From the NCBI GenBank assembly GCA_016290415.1, contig JAEETP010000002.1, positions 6,949-70,948 on the forward strand: a DNA stretch of 64,000 nucleotides, read 5' to 3'. Positions 19,776 to 28,260 of this stretch are shown here, one piece after another (within the stretch, counting starts at the first letter, position 1; every line of letters starts with the position of its first letter). A program made the position numbers and the translations under genes. The DNA comes from Bacteroidales bacterium (lineage in GTDB: Bacteria > Bacteroidota > Bacteroidia > Bacteroidales > UBA932). A model generated the notes under the pieces. The model was not told where the DNA came from, did not search any database, and saw only the letters and a program-made list of their open reading frames with translations.

Positions 19776-20855
19776 ATGGCCGAAGACCTTCTGGACGAAG
19801 AGCTTGAGCAGAGCGAAAGTGACGAGCAACTGTTCGAGCACTACCGGTTTGTGGTGGACAAGGGGCAGAGTCCCTTGCGCATAGACCGCTACATCGTCAG
19901 CAAGATGGAGCAGACCTCGCGCCACCGTATCCAGCTGGCGCTGGAAGCGCAGTACGTGCGGGTTGGCGGCCGCCCGGTCAAGGCCAACTACAAGGTCAAG
20001 CCAGACGACGTCATCACCATAATGCTCCCCTTCCAGCGGCGGGGCTTTGAGGTTCATCCGGAGCCTATTCCGCTGGACATCGTGTACGAAGACGACGACC
20101 TTCTGATAGTGAACAAACCCGCTGGGCTGGTGGTACACCCCGGCTTCGGCCATTTCTCGGGCACCCTGGTCAACGCGCTGGCCTATCACCTGGGCATAAG
20201 CCAGGACGCAGACGCCCCCGACGAGCGGATGGGCGTGCTGGTACACCGCATAGACAAGGACACCTCCGGGCTGCTGGTGGTGGCCAAGAACGAGATTTCG
20301 CAAATGAAACTGGCGGGGCAGTTTTTCGAGCACACCATCAAGCGCACCTACTGGGCCCTGGTATGGGGCAATGTGGCCGACGACGCCGGCACCATAGAGG
20401 GCAACATTGGCCGCGACCCCAACGACCGTATGCGGTTCAAGGTGTTCGAAGACGGCAGCCAGGGCAAGACCGCCATCACCCACTACCGGGTTCTGGAGCG
20501 CTTTGGCTACACCACTCTGGTGGAATGCAATCTGGAAACGGGCCGCACACATCAGATTCGAGTCCATATGAACTATATCGGGCACCCGCTTTTCAATGAC
20601 GACCGCTACGGCGGCGACAGGGTGCTCAAGGGGCCCATCTACGCCAAGTACAAACAGTTCATAGACAACTGCTTCCAGATTATGCCGCGCCAGGCGCTGC
20701 ATGCCAAGACGCTGGGATTCATCCATCCCTCCACTCACAAGGAGATCTTCTTTGACAGCGAAATTCCCGCCGACTTCAGCGCCCTGCTGGCCAAATGGCG
20801 CAGCTACGCCACCGGCCGGGACATCGTCCGGACGGTCCTGGAAGAAGAGGAATAG
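19776..20855 (+). CDS. rluD: RluA-family 23S rRNA pseudouridine synthase (RluD-like)
   Basis: S4-like N-terminus, catalytic HRIDKDTSGLLVVAKN, and C-terminal GRTHQIRVH. Confidence 0.85.
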   Translation: MAEDLLDEELEQSESDEQLFEHYRFVVDKGQSPLRIDRYIVSKMEQTSRHRIQLALEAQYVRVGGRPVKANYKVKPDDVITIMLPFQRRGFEVHPEPIPLDIVYEDDDLLIVNKPAGLVVHPGFGHFSGTLVNALAYHLGISQDADAPDERMGVLVHRIDKDTSGLLVVAKNEISQMKLAGQFFEHTIKRTYWALVWGNVADDAGTIEGNIGRDPNDRMRFKVFEDGSQGKTAITHYRVLERFGYTTLVECNLETGRTHQIRVHMNYIGHPLFNDDRYGGDRVLKGPIYAKYKQFIDNCFQIMPRQALHAKTLGFIHPSTHKEIFFDSEIPADFSALLAKWRSYATGRDIVRTVLEEEE

Positions 20856-20857
20856 GT

Positions 20858-21457
20858 TTAGATGTCGCGGCGGACTGGCTCAAAGAGTCGTCTGTAAGAA
20901 TCGGCTTTCCGGCTCAGTGGAAGTGGATATGCACGGGATGTGGAAGGCATACGCCAAAAGCGGATGGCGCGTTCCCCGGAACCATTATCAAAGCTGACAT
21001 CTACATAGCCTCCGACCGGAGGGATATCGCAAATCAATTGTTGCGCGGCCAGGAGCGATGCTTTCTGGCCGGTGGTCACAACTGACGTGCAGGTCGGAAT
21101 CCGTCTAAGCAACTCCTTCAGGTCGGTTGGAGTCACCACCTCCAGAAAGGCGTCGGAGGCATTGTCTTTAAGACGTCGCACCTCGCAGGCGGTGTCGTAG
21201 AAAGCGAGTCCCAGCCGGGCGCAGAACGTCCGAATGGCTTCTTCATCAAACCGCTTTTCTTTCAGATTGCAGAAATGGTCTTTGTCCGCAAAATGAATCA
21301 GCCCCATTATCCGCCAGAAGTCATTTATCCAGTTGGGATAGTAAAATGGCATGTTCCAGCGATGTTCCGGCGGCGGGAAACTGCCCAGGAACAGCATTCG
21401 CGCACCGGCAGGCAAAAACGGCTCGAAGGGATGTTTTTCTACGATACTCATCGGCAA
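20858..21457 (-). CDS. uracil-DNA glycosylase superfamily protein, family-6-like (DNA-deoxyinosine glycosylase type)
   Basis: 199 aa. MLFLGSFPP motif near the N-terminus and MPSTSRAY near the C-terminus, as in UDG-fold family 6 enzymes. Confidence 0.65.
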   Translation of the reverse strand: MPMSIVEKHPFEPFLPAGARMLFLGSFPPPEHRWNMPFYYPNWINDFWRIMGLIHFADKDHFCNLKEKRFDEEAIRTFCARLGLAFYDTACEVRRLKDNASDAFLEVVTPTDLKELLRRIPTCTSVVTTGQKASLLAAQQLICDIPPVGGYVDVSFDNGSGERAIRFWRMPSTSRAYPLPLSRKADSYRRLFEPVRRDI

Positions 21458-22261
21458 TTACTCGTGATAATCACTCTCTTTCCATTCAAACTTAACAGTC
21501 TCTGGCACGAGATATCGGCCTATCTTATAGTCGATGTCGGCTTTGTGCGCCTGACTGAGCTGATAGCGGCGCGGTATCCGGAACATCTTCCCGTCTTTGA
21601 TGAAACGGGCACCTGTCTGATGGAAGCGAAAGGCGATATCCTTTGCCACGCACTGCTCTCGAAGGGAGAGTATCCAGTTGTAGTCGCATGGCCGGGCGTC
21701 AACCCCGGACTCTCCTCCTACCGATACCTCGTCTATTGTCTCATCGAGGTATGGAGTCAGATCAAGGGCCGTGAGAAGCGGCGAAGCGATTATGCTTTTA
21801 TGCTTTATCGGCAGGGAACGGAATATGGGCAGGCGATAATCCGCCATCTCCTGATTTTCCACCGTGCATCCCACGATGACATTGTCGTAACCGTCGCCCC
21901 AGTTTTCGGGCACACAATCCAGAAAGCGGTCTATGCGCTTGGTAAAAAAGAAGAACCAGAGGTCGCTGCGAAGTTTCATCATCTGCCAGCATTCCGGCCG
22001 CCAAGCGTCAGCATCCTTCAGCAGGAAATCAGAGGTGAAACAGGTGAATACGATTTTACCACTCTCTATTTTCCACGACTTGTCGCGCTTGCGCCTGACG
22101 GGCAGATAGAAGTTGCCGGTCTTGCGGCACTCGCTGCTCGAGATCTCGCTGCCGTACATCTCGTCCTGACGGTAGACATAGCAATACTTGCAACCGGGGC
22201 TTATCTTGGTGCAACCGTGCCACGGATTCCAGTCTGCATATACTTCCCAGTGCTCTGACAT
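21458..22261 (-). CDS. DUF5131 / phage Gp37-Gp68 family protein
   Basis: N-terminal WNPWHGCTKISPGCKYCY three-Cys motif characteristic of the Gp37/Gp68 family. Its stop abuts the start of the UDG-like gene. Confidence 0.75.
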   Translation of the reverse strand: MSEHWEVYADWNPWHGCTKISPGCKYCYVYRQDEMYGSEISSSECRKTGNFYLPVRRKRDKSWKIESGKIVFTCFTSDFLLKDADAWRPECWQMMKLRSDLWFFFFTKRIDRFLDCVPENWGDGYDNVIVGCTVENQEMADYRLPIFRSLPIKHKSIIASPLLTALDLTPYLDETIDEVSVGGESGVDARPCDYNWILSLREQCVAKDIAFRFHQTGARFIKDGKMFRIPRRYQLSQAHKADIDYKIGRYLVPETVKFEWKESDYHE

Positions 22262-22329
22262 ATTTGAGAAACAAATATAACCCCTCGCTGCTATTTATGC
22301 AAAGGTTTGCGGGATTCTCCACGGTGGAG

Positions 22330-22337
22330 TATATTTG
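22330..22337 (+). promoter_or_regulatory. candidate Bacteroidetes -7 promoter box (TATATTTG)
   Basis: Matches the TAnnTTTG consensus, 21 nt upstream of the ATG at 22359. Confidence 0.4.
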
Positions 22338-22358
22338 TGAAGGAAACAATTTAACGAT

Positions 22359-22628
22359 ATGGAAATGAAATTTTGTCAGAGCTGCGGAATGCCGCTCACA
22401 GAAGAGATGCTGGGCACAAACGCCGACGGCAGCAAGAACGAAGATTATTGCATCTACTGCTACAAGGACGGCGCCTTCACCAAAGACTGCACGATGGACG
22501 AAATGATTGAATTCTGCGCGCAGTTTGTGGACGAGGTAAACAAGAATATGCCCAAACCGATGACCAAGGAAGAATACAAGCAGATGATGCAGCAGTTCTT
22601 CCCCACGTTGAAGCGATGGAAATCATGA
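22359..22628 (+). CDS. zinc-ribbon domain protein
   Basis: 89 aa. FCQSCGMPL...DYCIYCY gives two CxxC pairs. Confidence 0.6.
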   Translation: MEMKFCQSCGMPLTEEMLGTNADGSKNEDYCIYCYKDGAFTKDCTMDEMIEFCAQFVDEVNKNMPKPMTKEEYKQMMQQFFPTLKRWKS

Positions 22629-22921
22629 ATGATATGTTTGAAGTAACCAAAATATACGACACGGCCGACGGCGGCATCCGCAAGGCCTCCTTCCTGACCT
22701 GCGGCATTGTATGCTCGCAGCAGATAGACATTGAACTTGACGGCGACATCATCCGCAAGGTGCAATATACCGGCGGCTGCCACGGCAACACGCAGGGCGT
22801 CTCCATCCTTTGCGAAGGGATGAGAAAAGAGGATGTGATTGCCCGCCTGGAGGGCATTGACTGCAAGGGGCGCGGCACCAGCTGTCCCGACCAGCTTGCC
22901 AGGGCGCTGAAGATGCTTTAG
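22625..22921 (+). CDS. TSCPD domain protein (TIGR03905-like)
   Basis: About 98 aa. Contains GGCHGNTQG and GTSCPDQLA motifs. Its ATG overlaps the upstream stop (ATGA). Confidence 0.7.
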   Translation: MNDMFEVTKIYDTADGGIRKASFLTCGIVCSQQIDIELDGDIIRKVQYTGGCHGNTQGVSILCEGMRKEDVIARLEGIDCKGRGTSCPDQLARALKML

Positions 22922-22926
22922 TGGGT

Positions 22927-23667
22927 ATGAATATCCTCCTTGAAAAGATGTTTGCCAAAGCCGACCCTTCCCAGGTGGCCGGCCTTTCCCGCTTTTTCAA
23001 GACGGGGCCGGGCCAGTATGGCGAAGGCGACAGGTTTCTGGGAATCAAAGTGCCTGTGACCCGGGGAGTGGTAAAGGAATGCTGGCGTGAAGTCGGCATC
23101 AACCAGCTGGAAGAATGCATCGCCAGCGAATATCACGAGGTGCGGCTGGCGGCGCTGCTGGCACTTGTGGAGATCTTCCGCCACGCGAAAAAACGGCCGC
23201 TGATATCTCAGGATGAGTGCGTCCGGTTCTATCTCTCCCATACCGACCGCATCAACAACTGGGACCTGGTGGATCTCTCTTGCTATCCGCTTCTGGGCGA
23301 GTGGCTGCTGGACAAGGACCGTTCGCTGCTCTACGATCTGGCCCGCAGCGGCCACACCATCTGGGAGCAGCGCATCGGCATAGTGAGCACTATGACCTTT
23401 ATCCGCCACGGCCAGATTGCCGACACCTTTGCCATTGCCGATATACTGCTGCACCACCCGCACGACCTTATTCACAAAGCGGTGGGATGGCTGCTTCGGG
23501 AGGCGGGAAAGAAGGACAAGGCTGCCCTCACGGCATATCTGAAAGAAGAAATTGACGGCACACCCCGCTACCTGAAGATGCCCCGCACTATGATGCGCTA
23601 CGCGATAGAGAAGTTCCCTGAAGCGGAACGGCAGAGCTACCTTAACAGACAGAACGTCAGCGCTTGA
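22927..23667 (+). CDS. DNA alkylation repair protein (AlkD-like HEAT-repeat glycosylase family)
   Basis: FFKTGPGQYGEGDRFLGIKVP...NNWDLVD...W.QR... is the pattern of the DNA_alkylation family. I chose the ATG at 22927 rather than the GTG at 22921. Confidence 0.7.
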   Translation: MNILLEKMFAKADPSQVAGLSRFFKTGPGQYGEGDRFLGIKVPVTRGVVKECWREVGINQLEECIASEYHEVRLAALLALVEIFRHAKKRPLISQDECVRFYLSHTDRINNWDLVDLSCYPLLGEWLLDKDRSLLYDLARSGHTIWEQRIGIVSTMTFIRHGQIADTFAIADILLHHPHDLIHKAVGWLLREAGKKDKAALTAYLKEEIDGTPRYLKMPRTMMRYAIEKFPEAERQSYLNRQNVSA

Positions 23668-24223
23668 CCACACGGTCGGCGTGGGCAGCCACGAAGTTTT
23701 TCCAGTTGGTTGAGGCCTTGGTGTCGCTCATCGGGTTGGTGAGCTGGTAGAAGTGGCACATTGCGATGGCGATGGCGTCGCTGGCATCCAGATATTTAAT
23801 GTCCAGCTTGACGTCCATAGTGCGCTCCAGTATCTCCTTGACCTGCTCTTTGCTGGCCGCGCCTTTGCCGGTGATGGCCATTTTGACCTTTCTGGGCGCG
23901 TATTCGAAGATGGGGATATCCCTCTGCAGAGCGGCGGCTATGGCGGCACCCTGCGCCCGGCCCAGCTTGAGCATCACCTGCGGATTCTTGCCGTAGAACG
24001 GCGCCTCGATGGCCAGGTCGTCGGGCTTATACTGGTCGTAGAGCGACCCCACCTCTATAAAGATGCGGCGGAGTTTCTCGAAATGATCTTTCTCTTTGCG
24101 CAGGTCAATGATGCCCAGGTCCACGAAATGGACTTTCTTGCCATCAACAAGAATGACCCCGTAGCCCATAATCTGGGTACCGGGGTCTATTCCCATTATG
24201 ACTCTCTGACCTGACTTGTGCAT
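23657..24223 (-). CDS. ruvC: crossover junction endodeoxyribonuclease RuvC
   Basis: IMGIDPGT catalytic Asp, EAPFYGKNPQ, and DASDAIAIAMCH motifs. Confidence 0.85.
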   Translation of the reverse strand: MHKSGQRVIMGIDPGTQIMGYGVILVDGKKVHFVDLGIIDLRKEKDHFEKLRRIFIEVGSLYDQYKPDDLAIEAPFYGKNPQVMLKLGRAQGAAIAAALQRDIPIFEYAPRKVKMAITGKGAASKEQVKEILERTMDVKLDIKYLDASDAIAIAMCHFYQLTNPMSDTKASTNWKNFVAAHADRVVKR

Positions 24224-25495
24224 TTAGTCTATGATGTCGAAGCCTGTCCACTTGCGCAGAACCTCGGGCACCTTGATGCCCTCTGCGGTCTGATTGTTTT
24301 CGAGCAGCGCGGCCACTATTCTGGGAAGAGCCAGTGAGCTGCCATTCAAGGTGTGAGCCAGCTGAATCTTGCCGTTCTCGTCTTTATAGCGGAGTTTCAG
24401 GCGGTTTGCCTGATAGGACTCGAAGTTGCTCACCGAACTGACCTCCAGCCAGCGCTTCTGAGCGGCGCTGAACACCTCGAAGTCATAGGTTATGGCACTT
24501 GTAAAACTCATATCGCCGCCACACAGGCGCACGATGCGGAACGGAAGGCCAAGGCTGGCCACCAGTTTCTCTACGTGGGCCACCATACCGTCCAGGGCCT
24601 CATAGGACTTCTCGGGCAGGCTCAGCTGCACGATTTCTACCTTGTCGAACTGATGCAGACGGTTCAGGCCGCGGACATCCTTGCCATAGGAGCCGGCCTC
24701 GCGGCGGAAGCAGGGAGTGTAGGCGGTCATCTTCACGGGGAAGTCTTTCTGACCAAGAATCACATCGCGGTAGATGTTGGTCACGGGCACCTCTGCGGTG
24801 GGCACCAGATAGAAATTGTCCACGGTGGCGTGGTACATCTGGCCCTCCTTGTCGGGGAGCTGGCCGGTACCGAAACCGGAGGCCTCATTTACCATTACGG
24901 GCGGCTCCACCTCCAGATAGCCGGCGGCGCTGTTGAACTCCAGGAAATAGTTGATGAGTGCGCGCTGCAGCTTGGCACCCTTGCCCTTATAAACGGGGAA
25001 TCCGGCGCCGGTGAGCTTCACGCCCAGATCGAAGTCTATGATGTCATATTTGGCGGCAAGCTCCCAGTGCGGCAGGGCATCCTCTCCCAGCTCGGGAATC
25101 TGACCCTCCATCTTCACGATTACGTTGTCGTCGGCATTCTTGCCTTCGGGCACCTGGGCGCAAGGGAGGTTGGGCAGCAGCACCAGCAGGTCGTTCTGCT
25201 GTTTCTCTGCCTGGGCCATCTTCTCTTCCAGAGACTTGGACTGCTCTTTGAGGGCTGCCACAGAGGCCTTTGCTGCCTCGGCCGCCTCGCGGTTGCCGGC
25301 TTTCATCAGGGCACCGATTTCAGCTGCCTTGGCCTTCTGCTGCTGCAGCAGGGCGTCCATCTCGCTCTGGGCGGCGCGGCGCTGCTGGTCGCACTCCAGA
25401 ATCTTGGCAACAATCTCTTTGGCGTCAAAATTCTTGACAGCCAGCCGTTCTACAACAAAATCGGGGTTTTCCCTGAGAAGTTTGAGTGTAAGCAT
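24224..25495 (-). CDS. serS: serine--tRNA ligase
   Basis: 423 aa. N-terminal coiled-coil arm and class II motifs (TPCFRREAGS, GSSLALPR). Confidence 0.9.
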   Translation of the reverse strand: MLTLKLLRENPDFVVERLAVKNFDAKEIVAKILECDQQRRAAQSEMDALLQQQKAKAAEIGALMKAGNREAAEAAKASVAALKEQSKSLEEKMAQAEKQQNDLLVLLPNLPCAQVPEGKNADDNVIVKMEGQIPELGEDALPHWELAAKYDIIDFDLGVKLTGAGFPVYKGKGAKLQRALINYFLEFNSAAGYLEVEPPVMVNEASGFGTGQLPDKEGQMYHATVDNFYLVPTAEVPVTNIYRDVILGQKDFPVKMTAYTPCFRREAGSYGKDVRGLNRLHQFDKVEIVQLSLPEKSYEALDGMVAHVEKLVASLGLPFRIVRLCGGDMSFTSAITYDFEVFSAAQKRWLEVSSVSNFESYQANRLKLRYKDENGKIQLAHTLNGSSLALPRIVAALLENNQTAEGIKVPEVLRKWTGFDIID

Positions 25496-25529
25496 TATAT
25501 CAGTTTTTAATCATTCACTTTTAGGACAG

Positions 25530-25537
25530 CAAATATA
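25530..25537 (-). promoter_or_regulatory. candidate -7 promoter box for serS (TATATTTG on minus strand)
   Basis: The reverse complement of caaatata matches TAnnTTTG, about 35 nt upstream of the serS ATG. Confidence 0.4.
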
Positions 25538-25597
25538 GCAAATTATCCGTTTAGGCGACGATGTTTTATGAAACGACAACTACACGGTGCTGATGGC

Positions 25598-25850
25598 CGC
25601 TCGGGGCAGATGCCTCCGATTACCAAGTGTCTCGGGCAAAAATCTGCCCGCCGACACTTGTAATCTCCGGACAATATCTGCCCCAGCGCTCCCTCCTCCC
25701 CGGTCCCGCCAAAGCGCCTACGCGTTTAATAATGAGATAGCAGCCCCCGGCGAAATCGCCACCGGCAACCTTCCTAAAGTCCTCGGCGCCTCCACCGCCG
25801 CCAGGACGGCTCGCGTATACGAATGAACCCGGCGCTTTGGCAGGACGAGA
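25598..25850 (-). repeat. structured repeat, copy A (full length, about 255 nt)
   Basis: Colinear with the reverse complement of 28261-28516. Shared blocks are gcagatgcctccg, cgggcaaaaatctgccc and accttcctaaagtcctc. The internal stems covary between copies. The strand is inferred from wobble compatibility. Confidence 0.7.
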
Positions 25851-25871
25851 CAAACATCGCCCGCTTTTTCA

Positions 25872-25879
25872 TATCTTTG
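25872..25879 (+). promoter_or_regulatory. candidate -7 promoter box (TATCTTTG) for the ADP-ribosylglycohydrolase gene
   Basis: TAnnTTTG match 22 nt upstream of the ATG at 25902. Confidence 0.45.
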
Positions 25880-25901
25880 CATTAGACACGCCACTGCTAA
25901 T

Positions 25902-27107
25902 ATGGATAGAATAAACGATACCACTTTGGACCGCACCCTCGGATGTATGATCGGCGGTGCCGTAGGCGATGCGCTCGGATATGCTGTCGAGTTTAGTTCT
26001 TGGCGTGAGATTCAGGGTCAGTATGGATCCAACGGCATAAGAGCGTTTCAGTTGGATCGTCGTGGACTTGCGCAGATTTCTGATGATACCCAGATGGCGT
26101 TGTTCACTGCAAATGGGATCCTGTTTGCAATGACAAGAGGCTATACTTATGGCCTTATGGCGCGCATCGATCATTATTGTGAAAATACTTATAGAGATTG
26201 GCTTCACACTCAAGATTGGACCTGTAGGAAAGAGAAGGATTACGGTATTTCCTGGCTGATGGATGTGCCAGAGTTGTATTCACGTCGCGCACCAGGCAAC
26301 ACCTGCTTGAATGCATTACGTGCTATGGATAATGGGAAACCGCTGGAGAATGACAGCTGTGGTTGCGGGGGCGTTATGAGAACTGCGCCCATAGCGCTGT
26401 TTTCGTACATCCATAACTATCTTTCTGATTTCGAAGACAGTCTTCTCGCCTGTGATGATTGTGCTGCCGGTGCGGCGAAGATTACCCATAAGCATCCGCT
26501 CGGTTTTATGCCGTCAGCAGTGCTTAATCATATCCTTATGCGTATTATGGATGGTGCTTGTGAAGCACCTGACGGATTGGTCAGCGTTGTGAGTGAGAGC
26601 CTGTCGGCACTGCCCAATATCAAATCTGAAGATAATTCTGGAAGGACATACGGGATACTCTTCCCAAAACACGTCAAGCAGTTGCAGGACATCGTGGAGC
26701 AAGCCATTAGTCTTGCTGGTACCGACTCGCCAGATCCTGTTGCGATTGAGTCTATCGGCGGAGGTTGGACTGGCCACGAGGCTCTTGCTATCGCCATATA
26801 TAGCGCAGTCAAGCATAGTGACTCGTTTGAGGATGCCATCATAAGCGCTGTCAATCACTCAGGTGACAGTGATTCCACCGGTGCGGTTTGCGGCAACATT
26901 ATGGGTTGCCTTCTGGGGCGGAAGTCAATTCCTCAGAAGTTTATCGAGCATCTTGAGTTAAGGGAGGTCATTGAAGAGATTTCCCACGACCTTTGGACCG
27001 GGTGCATTATTGACGACCATAATCACTATGATAGTGCCGAGCAACGCAAATGGTTCCTAAAGTATGAGGCTCATAGATGGAAAGAGCCTGAGCCCTCAAA
27101 GAATTAA
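25902..27107 (+). CDS. ADP-ribosylglycohydrolase family protein
   Basis: 401 aa. GGAVGDALGYAVEF, SDDTQMALF and HSGDSDSTGAVCGNIMG are the metal-binding motifs of the ARH/DraG fold. Confidence 0.85.
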   Translation: MDRINDTTLDRTLGCMIGGAVGDALGYAVEFSSWREIQGQYGSNGIRAFQLDRRGLAQISDDTQMALFTANGILFAMTRGYTYGLMARIDHYCENTYRDWLHTQDWTCRKEKDYGISWLMDVPELYSRRAPGNTCLNALRAMDNGKPLENDSCGCGGVMRTAPIALFSYIHNYLSDFEDSLLACDDCAAGAAKITHKHPLGFMPSAVLNHILMRIMDGACEAPDGLVSVVSESLSALPNIKSEDNSGRTYGILFPKHVKQLQDIVEQAISLAGTDSPDPVAIESIGGGWTGHEALAIAIYSAVKHSDSFEDAIISAVNHSGDSDSTGAVCGNIMGCLLGRKSIPQKFIEHLELREVIEEISHDLWTGCIIDDHNHYDSAEQRKWFLKYEAHRWKEPEPSKN

Positions 27108-27113
27108 TCAGTT

Positions 27114-27425
27114 ATGGAAAACGAAGACCTGATAAAATACTGCCGCTACTACAAAGGCGAAGAGCAAAATCCGTTTGATAAAGTTGACCAGGACAAGGCG
27201 ATGTTGTGGTTCTACGAGATGTGCTTTGTAAAGCACGGCCAACGATACGACTATAACGACCTTCTCTCGGAGTATGCTGTAGTTGGTCTTACGTCATTTG
27301 CGAAGGACGATGGTGTACCCATAGAATTGAAAGCGTTACTGTTCAACAGGTATTCTAAGACTGCTTATTCAATGATGGATGCCGCTGAGCCTTTCAAAGA
27401 GTTTTATCTGAAGTATTACGGATAA
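27114..27425 (+). CDS. hypothetical small protein (103 aa)
   Basis: Lies 6 nt after the ARH gene with the same AT-richer composition. I recognise no family. Confidence 0.55.
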   Translation: MENEDLIKYCRYYKGEEQNPFDKVDQDKAMLWFYEMCFVKHGQRYDYNDLLSEYAVVGLTSFAKDDGVPIELKALLFNRYSKTAYSMMDAAEPFKEFYLKYYG

Positions 27426-28206
27426 TCGACTTCACCCATTCTAGCACTTTATCGTTGGCCTCAAAAACGAACTCCTGCCCTCTCCCAGCAGAATAAAACC
27501 CATCTTCTTTCCACGCTGTACGATTGTAAGAGATAGGGATCTCACGGAAGAAGGGCGGCAGATTCCACACCCTTCGCTTGCATCCAGACTTGGTTAGGAC
27601 CCTATTCGGTGAATAACACAGACAAGCATAACCAGGAAGGTTCGTATCAAGAGAAAGTATCTCCGTCGGAAGAAACAATGCATTCTTTCCATTCGTCCAA
27701 CGGAAATCAGCTGCGTGTGGATGTATCAACAGCTCTGAAGGAATATCTTTCTTATCTCTAATGATAGAGCCTATTTGCAGATACCCATAAACAATATGGA
27801 GGTCAGGCGCATTTGGCACATATCTAAGTCTGCCATTATGGAATTCTGTTTGACGATACCAGCCGAAGAACAGGAACAAATCTCCAACACCCACTCCTTG
27901 CTTATCCAAATGCGAAAGAGAAGCCCCTACTTGGCCAAATGCGGGTTTCCATTTTACCCGGTGAATGACGCCCTTTCTAATATCCGGATCCAGATGGCAC
28001 GTAGATGAAGCCAGTAATTGCGTCCTTGGCGAAAGCTCACGAATAATCTCATTATATGACATCCCTCCGTATGATAAATCTCCATACTGAACGCTATCCT
28101 TCGATGATGGAATCGGCAAGGACAATAACGTCCCGTCAGGGAGAATAGGACTAGGCATTCCCCCGGCAGCACTGTCAAAACCTTTACGGCTGAATATCAC
28201 TTTCAT
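27394..28206 (-). CDS. hypothetical protein, possibly Nmad3-type (nucleotide-modification-associated) family
   Basis: 270 aa. The N-terminus MKVIFSRKGFDSAAGGMPSPILPDGTLLSLPIP matches a widespread conserved-hypothetical pattern that I recall being named Nmad3. This is unverified. Confidence 0.55.
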   Translation of the reverse strand: MKVIFSRKGFDSAAGGMPSPILPDGTLLSLPIPSSKDSVQYGDLSYGGMSYNEIIRELSPRTQLLASSTCHLDPDIRKGVIHRVKWKPAFGQVGASLSHLDKQGVGVGDLFLFFGWYRQTEFHNGRLRYVPNAPDLHIVYGYLQIGSIIRDKKDIPSELLIHPHAADFRWTNGKNALFLPTEILSLDTNLPGYACLCYSPNRVLTKSGCKRRVWNLPPFFREIPISYNRTAWKEDGFYSAGRGQEFVFEANDKVLEWVKSIIRNTSDKTL

Positions 28207-28228
28207 CGAAACAGGGTATCAATATTTA

Positions 28229-28236
28229 CAAAGGTA
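28229..28236 (-). promoter_or_regulatory. candidate -7 promoter box (TACCTTTG on minus strand)
   Basis: TAnnTTTG match 22 nt upstream of the ATG at 28204-28206. Confidence 0.4.
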
Positions 28237-28260
28237 ACAAAAACCCGCTTCAAGACACCA

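Noticed and set aside
25496-25850. Repeat copy A as a T-box or riboswitch-like leader of serS.
   Set aside because: A good TAnnTTTG box for serS (25530-25537) lies downstream of the element. No terminator or antiterminator is seen between the element and serS, and the same element recurs away from any tRNA ligase gene.
25587-25853. Small ORFs inside the structured repeats (25587-25826, 25620-25853, 25718-25936, 28389-28646, 29084-29314).
   Set aside because: The substitutions between repeat copies preserve base pairing in stems rather than a reading frame. The predicted peptides of copies A and B are not colinear, and the composition is junk-like.
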